IMG/VR virus record: IMGVR_UViG_3300025121_000027 | Coordinates: 1 to 64,000 of that record | Length of the DNA stretch: 64,000 nucleotides | Origin: a virus | Strand: one strand, 5' to 3' | In this document: positions 28,204-38,247 of the stretch, in pieces | How the letters are laid out: every line of letters begins with the position of its first letter | How positions within the stretch are numbered: position 1 is the first letter of the stretch | Position numbers and translations under genes: made by a program | The notes under the pieces: model-generated | Databases searched by the model: none | What the model was told of the DNA's origin: nothing | The model's input: the letters and a program-made list of their open reading frames with translations, nothing else

Positions 28204-28698
28204 TTATAGTAATGATGTAAGTTGTTGAATTACTTTATCTCTGTCGTAAACAATACGTTTGTTTGGATTTCTCCCTATCTTATCCCATCTTGCAAGTAAA
28301 CATAACTCTTTTAATCTGTATTCATATTCGGTTATTTCAAGTACTTTAGATAACTTATTCATTTCTCCAAGTTGAAAATGCCAAAACCTCATATGATTCT
28401 TTACAAGATAAAGAGTTTCTTTTGATACAAAACCTTCTATCAATGTCGCGCCAAATGATTCGTGCTGCTTTGTCTCTTGAATCTTTCCTATATCGTGTAA
28501 GAGAGCGGCAAGCGCAACATCGAATCTTGCAAAGTAATCTACCGCTTTTATTTCTCTTATAGCAATAGAGAATACTTGCAAGCTATGATTTAAAACACTT
28601 CCTTCTGGATGGTGGATTGGGTCTTGTATTCGATCTTTTCCAAACTCAAGCAGGTCCAATAAGTGATCTAAGTTAGGTATTTTTTGATAGTATCGCAT
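28204..28698 (-). CDS. HD-domain phosphohydrolase
   Basis: HHPEGSVLNHS, AALLHDIGK, HE..GA, VKNHM and D..GR motifs. Confidence 0.85.
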   Translation of the reverse strand: MRYYQKIPNLDHLLDLLEFGKDRIQDPIHHPEGSVLNHSLQVFSIAIREIKAVDYFARFDVALAALLHDIGKIQETKQHESFGATLIEGFVSKETLYLVKNHMRFWHFQLGEMNKLSKVLEITEYEYRLKELCLLARWDKIGRNPNKRIVYDRDKVIQQLTSLL

Positions 28699-29684
28699 AG
28701 CCACCCCTCCCATCTTTTTCTATTTATCTTTTCTGGTAAAGTACACAATTCGGAAAGCTTTTCTACCTTGTTCATAATCTCTTCAAGAGTAGGCGCAACA
28801 TCGGATTGATAGTCAAGTTTGCCTTGCTTAACATCTTTAAGATATTGAGCGCAATGCAATGGATAAACAATATCTCCGATAGTGTAGATTTGTAGAAGTT
28901 GATTGGCTGCCCTCAGTGCATGGGAGATTGCTTTCCAATCGATACCTTGGTTTTGTTCTGCAAGTTTTGCTCTATGTCCATATTCGTCATAGAATTTTCT
29001 CAATGAAAGATATACTTCTTTAATTGATACTGTTTCAAGAAAGTATTTCCCGCATACTTGATACATTCTAAACGGTGTTATTTCATTTTTATCTATGAAA
29101 TGAATATGTTCTCCTGTTGGTAGATGTTCCCAAACATGTTTTAATCTTGTAGTATCTATCTTATCCGAATGTACAGAGTCCCACAAAAAATCTGCTACTC
29201 TTTTCGCTGCCGATAATCTGCTTCCCTTTATTCCATACTTGGCGGCTTGTCTCCTGCAATAGCCAACAAATGCTTGCAGATTTTTGGTATAAAATTCTGC
29301 TCTGTGCTTTCTTAAATATTGCCACTCTGTACTTGTGATTATGGAAAATGGTTCTGGACAATGGAGCATATCTATTCCGATTGTCTCTCCTTTAGAAGCA
29401 AGTTCAAGAAAGTAGTGCAAGCTATACATTTCAATATCAATATCCTTACTTGTGTTTTTATCGCGCTTGTTTTCTTTTGAATTATATCTTAAATGCTTAG
29501 GTATTTTTCCTGTTAATATTTCTTCTTCGGTTGGGATAAATACTCCTTTATAATCTGCATCGCTTTGCTCTGTATTTGTTCCGTACAAGTGAGAGCCAAA
29601 TGGCATTAAGACAATAATTTTTCTTCCGTCTACAATAGATTCAACAAGTTTTGTTGTTTCAACAATAGATTCAAGGCCATTCAT
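28668..29684 (-). CDS. Pol-beta superfamily nucleotidyltransferase (T4 NrdC.11/YcgL-like)
   Basis: FGSHLYGT....SDADYKG and DWKAISHALR motifs. Confidence 0.85.
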   Translation of the reverse strand: MNGLESIVETTKLVESIVDGRKIIVLMPFGSHLYGTNTEQSDADYKGVFIPTEEEILTGKIPKHLRYNSKENKRDKNTSKDIDIEMYSLHYFLELASKGETIGIDMLHCPEPFSIITSTEWQYLRKHRAEFYTKNLQAFVGYCRRQAAKYGIKGSRLSAAKRVADFLWDSVHSDKIDTTRLKHVWEHLPTGEHIHFIDKNEITPFRMYQVCGKYFLETVSIKEVYLSLRKFYDEYGHRAKLAEQNQGIDWKAISHALRAANQLLQIYTIGDIVYPLHCAQYLKDVKQGKLDYQSDVAPTLEEIMNKVEKLSELCTLPEKINRKRWEGWLCDTIKKYLT

Positions 29685-30571
29685 AATCCAAAGTCTCCTC
29701 TGATTTCTTTTGCTTGTTTGTCTGTTAGTTCTCCTGGGTCTTTGCCTGTATTCAGTGTTGCTATTTCTCCATCTAAACCTCTTGCAGTTAAATATCCATA
29801 TAACTCGGATGCTTTTTCTTGCGCTTGCTCTTCTGCATCAAATAAAATAATGAAACTTTTAAATCTATTTGCTATCATTCTTGCTTGAGCAGGCATCCAT
29901 TCAATGCCGAAAGTAGAACCGCAACCTGGCCCTATTCTCCATGTATCTGTTATGCCTTCAACTATTAGTATTTTGTCTCCTTTACATTTATCTATTCCGT
30001 AGATAGTAGATTTACATGGATAGACTTCCTCTTCCAACTCACACATTTTATAACGCTGCTTGCTGTGGCCTGTAACGTCTCTGCCTTGATATGATATTAG
30101 TACTCCATCAAGACGAATGGGAGCTACTATTCTAAATGCTTGCTTGCCGTGTAAGCCGCCGCCTAATAACTCCCATTCCCGTGCAGTAGAAGCAGAAAAA
30201 TTTCTGCTCTTTAAATAATCCCAATGCATCTTTTGCATTGGCCCAACACCCGCTGGTAGTTCTAATTTGTCTTTTCTTTTTATCTGTGTTTTATAATCTT
30301 CTAATACTTCTCCTGTGCTGTATTTTGTAAGGATAATAAAAGCTTGTTGCAGTGTTGTTCTGGCAAGTGCTGCAACTGTTTTAGGTAGCCACGAATAGCC
30401 GTGCTTGTAGCATACTGAATACCCCTTTAGCATATTAATTCCCATGTGATAGCCAGAAGAAGGGCCACAAAAAGGGCAGCATACATTAGCCCACCCTCTT
30501 CTCTTGTGTTGATGTCCTCTTGGCGCTGTTGCTATGGAGTACTCCATGCAAAATCGTTCTGCATCAAACAT
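29681..30571 (-). CDS. DNA primase (zinc finger + TOPRIM)
   Basis: CPFC..HMG..C, YQGR, VEGITD, FDAE and DPG motifs. Confidence 0.85.
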   Translation of the reverse strand: MFDAERFCMEYSIATAPRGHQHKRRGWANVCCPFCGPSSGYHMGINMLKGYSVCYKHGYSWLPKTVAALARTTLQQAFIILTKYSTGEVLEDYKTQIKRKDKLELPAGVGPMQKMHWDYLKSRNFSASTAREWELLGGGLHGKQAFRIVAPIRLDGVLISYQGRDVTGHSKQRYKMCELEEEVYPCKSTIYGIDKCKGDKILIVEGITDTWRIGPGCGSTFGIEWMPAQARMIANRFKSFIILFDAEEQAQEKASELYGYLTARGLDGEIATLNTGKDPGELTDKQAKEIRGDFGL

Positions 30572-30572
30572 G

Positions 30573-31292
30573 TTACTTCTCTTTGTTAAATGTTTTAATT
30601 TGGGAATTGACTCGTTCTAAATTTTTTTTCATCTTATTAAGTTTTTCTTTTACAAAATCAACTGCTTCTCTAAAAGATAAAAACCATCTATGTGGGAAAT
30701 AATAATCATAGGTGATTTTATTTTCAGAGGTGTTCTCGAAATAGACTTTTGCAAGAGTTTCTTTTATAATTTCTTTCTCTTCTATTCTGATGTTATATAT
30801 CGTACTCCCGTACCCACTAACTCTATATGCTTTCATATTACTTCTCCTTGCTAAATGTTTTGAATGTTAAATATACATCAAGGTATTTTGGATCATCATT
30901 TCTTGTTATGAATAATTCTTCACCTTTCTTAAAAAAGATAATAGATAAAAAGATAATAATGAAAATAGCGATTAAACCACAAATAGAAATTATCATTCTC
31001 TTCTTCTCCTTTTTGGTTTTGTATTGCAGCATATAGGACATTTTATATCTTCTTCTTTCCCATAACAATCCATAAAGCCATGAGCAAAATTTAATCCGCA
31101 ACGAGTATGTATTCCTTTTAGATCATGATATTTTAACAAGTGCCAAGCATCTCCATTCGTTTCTTTGCAATACTTTCCAGTTACTAAATACTTATTTGCA
31201 TCTATTGCTTTATGTAGCGGTTTATGTTGTTTATGATCTTCTATTGTACATTGCTTTTGGTCTTTCTTCTTTTGATCGAAAAAGTTCTTCAT
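30573..31292 (-). CDS. Three small hypothetical ORFs (30573-30836, 30838-about 31040 membrane, 30993-31292)
   Basis: Tiled ORFs from the track; one has a transmembrane segment. Confidence 0.5.
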
Positions 31293-32640
31293 CGCAATTG
31301 AACTCCTTTCTGTAAATTCTTGCTCGTTCTTTTGCAGAATTTACAAGCTGTCTAATATGTATATCTACATAATCATAAATCATTGCTTTCTCTTTTCCTT
31401 TTGCTGGTCGCAATACTCTGCCAAGATATTGAAGCAATCTTCCAGAAAATCTAATAGGCGTTGAAAGAAATAAAGAAGATAAGTTTTTACAATCAAAACC
31501 TTCTCCTATCAACTGGCCTGTTGCTATGACGATTCGCTCTTTATTCTGGCCAATTCTTTCAATGATTTGTTTTCTTTCTTGCGAAGAGCAATCTCCTGTA
31601 AGCAATACAGACTCTATACCTTTTTCAGAAAGCATTGTTTGTAAAGTTAAGCAATGTGTTTTTCTATCCGAAAGAATAAGAGCTACACCATTGTAAGCTT
31701 CTTCTGCTGCATCATTTATAATTAGCTTGTTTCGTTCTTCATCTTCTGTTAGTTCTTTAATCATTAACGAGTATTGGTTTATTGGATCATAGTTTGTTTT
31801 GAAAAGGGATTGCCTCATGATAACATCGATTGGCAGGATTGCTTTCTTCTCTATCATCTCTTCTATTCTGATTTCATGTATCTTTGGTCCGATAAACCAC
31901 CATATAAGATTTGTCAGCTTGTCTCTTCTAAATGGTGTAGCAGACAAGCCAAGAAAATATTTACAATCAAAATAAGATACTGCTTCGTCAAAGCATCTTG
32001 AAACGACGCGGTGGGTTTCATCAACTACTAAATGTCCTATCTTTGGTGCAACTTTATCAGCGCATTTAAAAAGAGTTTGAACCATTGCAACAGTAATTTT
32101 TTTACCAACTGTTTTCTTTCCGTCTCCAATTTGGCCAATATCTTCTTTTGGAATAGATAGAAATGTTTCTATTCTATCCTTCCATTGGTAGAGTAATTCT
32201 TTTGTATGAACTATGATAAGTGTTGGTTGGCGGCGAGCAGCAATAATGCTTAATGCCATAATGGTCTTCCCGCTACCCGTTGGCGCTTGCAATACTCCTT
32301 GGTCATGACATAGCATTATAGCAATTGCTTCATCTTGATATGGTCTTTCTTCTGTGTTGAATGTAAAAGACACAGGCTTTTGAACACTTCTTAAATCAAG
32401 TATATCTGGTTTCTTATCGCACATGGAAATTAGTTCAGAATAAAAACCTCTTGGAACAGCAAAAGAAATTTTATCTTCCATAAAGTATTGTAGTACTTTA
32501 GGAACTCCTCTGTTTAGATAACCCATCCTTTCATTTTCAAACCATTTAGGGTTAAACATAGTTAAGCGTTGTCTTATCTTTTCGAGTAGTTCTTTCGGCG
32601 CTTTCTGTATTTCAATGTCATTGGATAGAATTAGTTTCAT
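31231..32640 (-). CDS. SF2 DEAD/DEAH-box helicase (UvsW/RadD-like)
   Basis: RPYQ, APTGSGKT, DETH, SAT, GEGFD and Q.LGRVLR motifs. Confidence 0.92.
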   Translation of the reverse strand: MKLILSNDIEIQKAPKELLEKIRQRLTMFNPKWFENERMGYLNRGVPKVLQYFMEDKISFAVPRGFYSELISMCDKKPDILDLRSVQKPVSFTFNTEERPYQDEAIAIMLCHDQGVLQAPTGSGKTIMALSIIAARRQPTLIIVHTKELLYQWKDRIETFLSIPKEDIGQIGDGKKTVGKKITVAMVQTLFKCADKVAPKIGHLVVDETHRVVSRCFDEAVSYFDCKYFLGLSATPFRRDKLTNLIWWFIGPKIHEIRIEEMIEKKAILPIDVIMRQSLFKTNYDPINQYSLMIKELTEDEERNKLIINDAAEEAYNGVALILSDRKTHCLTLQTMLSEKGIESVLLTGDCSSQERKQIIERIGQNKERIVIATGQLIGEGFDCKNLSSLFLSTPIRFSGRLLQYLGRVLRPAKGKEKAMIYDYVDIHIRQLVNSAKERARIYRKEFNCDEELFRSKEERPKAMYNRRS

Positions 32641-32809
32641 TTCTTCCCTCTTTTATGGTTTTGTACTGGGGCAATTAGCATAATCATTTCTTCGACTGCG
32701 ATTAAGCCTTCACCATCAAGCCAGCTCCAAATTTCTTCTGATTCTTTTTCATTCAGCGATCTTAGAAACTCTACTAATTTTTTCGGCATGGTATGTTCTC
32801 CTTTTAAGA

Positions 32810-32856
32810 CAAAATAAAAACCCGACGAAAGATTTTGTTAACCCTTCGTCGGGTTT
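32810..32856 (-). terminator. Rho-independent terminator-like hairpin
   Basis: AAACCCGACGAAG...TTCGTCGGGTTTTTATTTT on the minus strand. Confidence 0.65.
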
Positions 32857-32865
32857 ATGTAATGA

Positions 32866-32894
32866 ACTATAATAACAAAATACATTAAAATAAA
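32866..32894 (-). promoter_or_regulatory. Phage promoter motif, copy 5 (TATTATAGT variant)
   Basis: TTTATTTT-N12-TATTATAGT. Confidence 0.7.
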
Positions 32895-32910
32895 ACCTTT
32901 ACAGAAATAT

Positions 32911-33438
32911 TTATTGTAAAGCCTTTCTAATCTCTGCAAAGCTACGCCAGCAGCGGCCCACTCCCCATCCGCAATGATCTATCAAATATCTTTGGATTCT
33001 TTTCTTGCAGATATGAGCAGAGCCGGTTTCTTTCTTGGCTTGCCTAATCATCTCCATCGGTGTGTCTAATGCGCTATTTACGACAAATTGCGCATCATCT
33101 GATAGTTTTTGTATGGTGTCTTTAAGTTGCGCGCATGACTCTGGATGGTTGCAATCCGGGCAAGCCAAAAACTGTTCTTCTGCCTCCTCTGTTTGTGGGT
33201 GTTTTTTTCTGAAGTTACATTCGACATTGAATCGGAAGTTTAAATGCTTCCACAGAAAAGTACTGAACTTTGATTTTGTTGGATCATAATTCTTTACACA
33301 ATCAAGAAATGCTTCTGCTCCGATTGATTCTAAATCTTCTTGCTCAAGGCCAACAACTCCAGGTCTTGCCCATGCTTTAGCTCGTTTCTTAATAAGTAGA
33401 AAATACTTTTCGTATTCTATCTCATTTTTCTTTAGCAT
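32911..33438 (-). CDS. Phage sigma-70-like factor (region 2 recognisable)
   Basis: EQEDLES.G.EAFLDCVKNYDPTKSKFSTFLW. Confidence 0.75.
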   Translation of the reverse strand: MLKKNEIEYEKYFLLIKKRAKAWARPGVVGLEQEDLESIGAEAFLDCVKNYDPTKSKFSTFLWKHLNFRFNVECNFRKKHPQTEEAEEQFLACPDCNHPESCAQLKDTIQKLSDDAQFVVNSALDTPMEMIRQAKKETGSAHICKKRIQRYLIDHCGWGVGRCWRSFAEIRKALQ

Positions 33439-33545
33439 TTGGGTTTGCTTCCTTCTAAGGCAGTATAGTAGTTTGTTGTATGTGATTGGCTTAGTCGATT
33501 GGTTTTTTCAAGGTTCAAGAACAAAAACTTGGAGCAGAATTATTG

Positions 33546-34400
33546 TTACTCTTCCCACTTCATACCGTGATTTTGGCCAGAGCAAGAACAACGACAAAGA
33601 AAGCCTTTTGCTTCTTGGCATTTCTTCCCGCACTTTGTTTTAGTTGTACTTGCTATCAGCTTTTTAACTTTCATTTTTTTACTGCATATTGGACAGCGAG
33701 TATTTAAAGTTTTGTTATCTTTTAAATACTCGCCCTTCCAACTGGTTGTTACTTCATACCGCTTAGTTGTTTTGCATTGTTTGCATTGGCATATTACTAT
33801 CAATCTTTTCTCCTTTCATTTTGCAATTATCGCATGATAGTTTATTGCAATAGAAGCACTCTTCTGAAAAAAGGGAAGTCATCTATCAAATGTCTTTTGA
33901 TGAACGATTTAAACATATGTTACTCTTTCTATTGTTCTTTTAAGTTCTTTGTTTAGTTTTTCTATTACTTTATTTGCATTTTCGATTTCTATTAGTGTTG
34001 GGTTTCTTCCTTCTTTGTTGTATATTTCTTGCAAAGTGTTTCTTCTTTGCTCCCACCCGTTGATCTTTTGAATAATTTTAGCGGCGATAAGATTCATTTG
34101 TCTTTTCTCCTTTTAATTGTTATTGTTTAGTTTTACTATTACGTTGATATTATATTCATATTTATCAAATTCTAATTCTGAAATAGAATCATCGATATTT
34201 ACTTCATTGACTTCCATTCCAGTTTTATTATAAAAATGCAGAATTTCTTCTTTAATTTTTGCTTCAAGCCTTTTCTTTTCTTTATTGATTTTATCTTCAA
34301 TTTGCTTCAATTGAAGAGCAAGGTTTAAAGTTTTTTCATGCTTCTTGAGAAAATAAGAAAGCTCTGCATCTTCATTTTTTCCAAGTGTTTTCTTTTTCAT
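33546..34400 (-). CDS. Small hypothetical ORFs (33546-33803 Cys-rich, 33909-34097, 34113-34400)
   Basis: AAGGAG RBSs; C-rich CxCxC.G.NHG motif in the first. Confidence 0.55.
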
Positions 34401-34413
34401 TGTCTTTTCTCCT

Positions 34414-35571
34414 TTATTTGATTTGAATTACTTCTCCAAATGGCGGGTGAAATCTTTCAGCACTTCCAATGATACACCATAGAACAGGATAGTTAGGATC
34501 ATTTGAAAAACTGCTGCATTGCCCATCTGTCAAATAGATAAAGCAAGATGGGAGCATTCCCTTTTCTTCTAAATGATTAAATGGCGGCCTAAAGTCTGTC
34601 CCTCCACCTCCTTGAGCATTTAGTTTTAACGGTATATCATAAGCTGTAAACTCTTCTACTCCTTGCAAAGCATTATTAACATACATAACATAAGCATTTG
34701 AATCATATGCTTCCATAATTGCACCCAATTCAGAAACAAACTCTTTTAGAACTTCTTGATTGATACTGCCAGAAGTATCAATAGCGACAGCAATGTTTTT
34801 CAACTCCTGTGATCTTAATGATGGCATGAACAACCCCATGTGGATATATCTTTTGTTCGGAGGCATCCAAGCATAATCATTTTTGGCATTCTGATCTACA
34901 AAGCGGCGAAGCAATTCTTTCCAATCCAGAACTGGCTCAAGAGTATCTTCGACCAGTCTTGCAATATGAGCAGGGAGTTTTCCGCACATTTTAGCTTGCT
35001 GCGATGCTTGCGCGATCATTACTTTAGCTTCTGCTTCTGCTTTTGATATATCCGCTTCGCTTGGTTTTTGCCCATCTTGCCCTGGTGCATCTCGTACTTC
35101 GCCACATCCACCTGGATCGCTATTTGAACTACCATCTTTTGATTTATTTGAGCCGCTACCCGACCCGCCACTTTGCTTCTCTGGTTTTGGAAGTTTAGAA
35201 TAGATCGCTTCCGCTGCTTCGTTTGGAAAGCCTTGCAATGCTCCTTTCGGTAGAGTAAATTTTGAATTGGTTAAAAGATAGTTGATGGCATAATCTGCTG
35301 CCGCATTCCATGTTTCGTGGTCTCTATCTTGTCTTCTGACATGATGTAACGCTGCAATATGCATTACTTCATGAGCAATTAATCCTTTCGTTTCGTCTAA
35401 TGTTAAGGACTCGATAAATTCTGGATTGTATCCTAAAGATACTCCATCGGTCCAAGCTGTCTTACATGTTCCATCTTCTTTAATGAGAAGCCTTAAAGCA
35501 ATGGAAGCAAAGAACGGCTCGTCGAGTACTAAACCTGCTTTTGCTTTTGTTATTTTATCTTTTGCTTGCAT
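34414..35571 (-). CDS. Metallopeptidase-like (HExxH) + VWA domain protein (DUF2201 type)
   Basis: TAWTDG, AHEVMH, WN.AAD..IN, MIDAS DTSGS, GGGGTDF and LTDG. Confidence 0.88.
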   Translation of the reverse strand: MQAKDKITKAKAGLVLDEPFFASIALRLLIKEDGTCKTAWTDGVSLGYNPEFIESLTLDETKGLIAHEVMHIAALHHVRRQDRDHETWNAAADYAINYLLTNSKFTLPKGALQGFPNEAAEAIYSKLPKPEKQSGGSGSGSNKSKDGSSNSDPGGCGEVRDAPGQDGQKPSEADISKAEAEAKVMIAQASQQAKMCGKLPAHIARLVEDTLEPVLDWKELLRRFVDQNAKNDYAWMPPNKRYIHMGLFMPSLRSQELKNIAVAIDTSGSINQEVLKEFVSELGAIMEAYDSNAYVMYVNNALQGVEEFTAYDIPLKLNAQGGGGTDFRPPFNHLEEKGMLPSCFIYLTDGQCSSFSNDPNYPVLWCIIGSAERFHPPFGEVIQIK

Positions 35572-35572
35572 G

Positions 35573-36463
35573 TTATTTCCCTCCCAAATAACCAGACATA
35601 GCAGACAGTAAATCGTCTGCTGTTTTAGCCGTTTGCTTTCTTGTCTTTTTATTCTTTCTCAAATCCTCTGGATCAAAAGAACAAAGTTTTTGCTCTACAT
35701 CCTTTCTCATCTCTTCCAGATTAGGATCATTAGAAAGATTCAAGCGCGGAAGCAAAGAGCAAAGTTCTGCAATGTTTGAAATCATACTGTTTTTAAATAT
35801 CTTTTCTGGATCATTAAGGCGCTCGCTCATATGAGAAACAGAATCATAAAGCCGTTGCCACAAATCCTTCATTGCTACCGCTTGGGCTTGAATCAAACCC
35901 TCTTCAATGTTCTTCTTGATTATGCTTGCATCTTCTGCTCTAAGCTTTACTCTAAAATCGTTTGATGTTGGCAGTGGATAGATAGCCGTTGTCACATCAA
36001 ACTTTTCTTTGATTTCATCTTCTTTCGGATAGTCCATCTCATTAAACAATGAGCCGAGCCTTTCTTTGCTATCTTCTACATAGGTGTTGTAGCCTTGCAC
36101 AAACTCTCTTGTTGCATTTTCAAAATCTGATTTAAGACTTCTGATTTTTTCAGAGTACTTACTGAAGTTAGCAGAGGTCAAAATCCTCATCCCTTCATCT
36201 GACCACGGAAGAGTATTAGCATAATGAAAAATTCGAATTTCGTTTGAAATACTTTGAAGCTTTTGCAAAGACTCCTTTGCGATTAGTGCTTTGTTATATC
36301 TTCCTGCATCTTGCTTGGCTTGGTGTTTATCTGCTATCTCTTTGGACGCTTTCTTGTCGTGTTTTCTTGCAGCCCACATAGAGATTGACAACCGCACCAG
36401 CATTGCTTTGCTGGCAAGTTCTTTACTTTCAATTGTCTGAGATTGCTTAGTGGTAGTTTTCAT
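35573..36463 (-). CDS. Conserved helical protein of the MoxR-VWA module (DUF3150-like)
   Basis: LSISMW, TLPW..G.R.L, DYP; lies between the AAA and VWA genes. Confidence 0.55.
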   Translation of the reverse strand: MKTTTKQSQTIESKELASKAMLVRLSISMWAARKHDKKASKEIADKHQAKQDAGRYNKALIAKESLQKLQSISNEIRIFHYANTLPWSDEGMRILTSANFSKYSEKIRSLKSDFENATREFVQGYNTYVEDSKERLGSLFNEMDYPKEDEIKEKFDVTTAIYPLPTSNDFRVKLRAEDASIIKKNIEEGLIQAQAVAMKDLWQRLYDSVSHMSERLNDPEKIFKNSMISNIAELCSLLPRLNLSNDPNLEEMRKDVEQKLCSFDPEDLRKNKKTRKQTAKTADDLLSAMSGYLGGK

Positions 36464-36522
36464 TTGTTATTCTCCTTTTGTTTTTAGTAGATTGTATTGG
36501 CGATAGTAAATAGTTAAAATTC

Positions 36523-37020
36523 TTAATCTTCAATATCTAATGGGATCAAACGCGCCTCATGCTTTTCGAGCATGTCAATTTCCCCGCCAGCTTCAACATG
36601 TTTCAAGTCTCTTTTTGTGAATTTTTTACCAGTGATACTGTGCATCCTGGTTAAAGCGATATCTGCTTTTGAATAAGCACTCATTCCATAACCGTAATGC
36701 TGGATAATATAGACTTTTTTCATTTACTATTCTCCTTTCATTCTTTTCTCTATAAGTTTTGCAATTACTTCTGGACGATTCTTTTTCAGCCATTCTTTTC
36801 CAACTTCTACTCTATAAGTACTGTGGCAATAAACCATATTAGAGAAGCCCTTTTTTGCATAAGCACTCGGATGGCGAATATAATCTCCACTCTTTGTTTC
36901 ATAGTACCAACCTTGGCCCTTTTCTTCTGGTTCAATATCTCCTTCGACCACCTTGACTGGACAATTCCAATTTGCTTTCGCTTGCTTTCTTATTTCGTAA
37001 AAGAAGTGTCTTTTAGCCAT
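36523..37020 (-). CDS. Two small hypothetical ORFs (36523-36723, 36727-37020)
   Basis: AAGGAG RBSs; tiled. Confidence 0.55.
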
Positions 37021-37034
37021 TTGCTATCTCCTTT

Positions 37035-38045
37035 CTACAGCATTACGCTTTCATGTTTAACCGCCCAATCGATATAAGCCTTGGTATCATATAGTTCCGG
37101 CTTGCCCATAGTACAATCTCTAATGCCAAGCACGCTAAATTCATCAGGCATCCGATTCAAATATTCTACTATTCTACCGAAAGTCTGCTCTGTTGCCCTG
37201 CTTGCCAGTGCTCCGCAGATAGCATAATTAACTGCTGGATCATTACTAATTTCTGCTTTTGTAGGATTCATCAAGATAGCATCTGGAGAAGGTATCTTTC
37301 TACAAATACGGAGAAAGCCAATGAACTCTGCTGCGGCTGCTTCACCAACGGTTCCTTTAATCAGTTCAAACTCTATATCTTTTGAAGGTGAAGTAGAAAG
37401 AATGTTAGAAACAAATTCCCAAGAGCGCGGAGAAGGAAAGGCTTTTTCGTCTGACTTCTTGGGGTCAAATGAGTGAAGTAGATTGGTTCTATACCTCAGA
37501 AAAGCAATTACTTCTGTCTTGATATTGTTTTGCATTGCCCATCGTACCCAATCATTTATATCTACTTCAAAATTAAGATGGACAAAGCGATTGGCCAGAG
37601 CAGAAGGTATCCTGTGTACTACCGCTTTGTCGTTTTCTCTATTGCCCGCTGCAATTACCATCCAGCCATCTGGCAAAGTATATTCACCAAGCTTTCTATC
37701 CAATACCAATTGATAACATGCTGCTTGTGTCAAGGGCGGTGCAGCATTTAATTCGTCCAGGAAGAGTATGCCGCAAGATGAAGAGTCATGCGGAAGAAAA
37801 GCAGGAGGACACCAATGAGCCATGTTGTCTCCGTTGATATGCGGCAAACCCCTCAAGTCCACTGGATCAAGAAGTACTGCGCGGACATCGATAAGAGTAA
37901 AAGGCTTTTTCTTATTTGGCTTTTGCTTCTGAGCTACTTGCTTAACTACTTGAGACTTGCCGACACCAGGAGCACCCCAAATAAAAACTGGTTGCTTGAT
38001 TTGAATAAGAGCGGATAAGCTGTCAATGACTTGAGAAGGTTTCAT
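37035..38045 (-). CDS. MoxR-family AAA+ ATPase
   Basis: GAPGVGKS, DLRGLP, FLDELN, AAGNR, ALANRF and PSPRSW. Confidence 0.9.
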   Translation of the reverse strand: MKPSQVIDSLSALIQIKQPVFIWGAPGVGKSQVVKQVAQKQKPNKKKPFTLIDVRAVLLDPVDLRGLPHINGDNMAHWCPPAFLPHDSSSCGILFLDELNAAPPLTQAACYQLVLDRKLGEYTLPDGWMVIAAGNRENDKAVVHRIPSALANRFVHLNFEVDINDWVRWAMQNNIKTEVIAFLRYRTNLLHSFDPKKSDEKAFPSPRSWEFVSNILSTSPSKDIEFELIKGTVGEAAAAEFIGFLRICRKIPSPDAILMNPTKAEISNDPAVNYAICGALASRATEQTFGRIVEYLNRMPDEFSVLGIRDCTMGKPELYDTKAYIDWAVKHESVML

Positions 38046-38247
38046 TGTATTAATTCCTTTCTATAAGTAGTATTTGGTATGAAGTTAATTGTGATTCTAC
38101 AGTACAACCAGCCAAATAAATATGTTTAGAACAACCAATAAAACAGCAACAACTTCTCCTGTCATTATCTTTCTTTCCTGTTTATATGGTTTGTATTCTT
38201 GAAACATAATTACTCCTTGTCTGGCCCGGTCGTGCCGGGCCTTGGGG

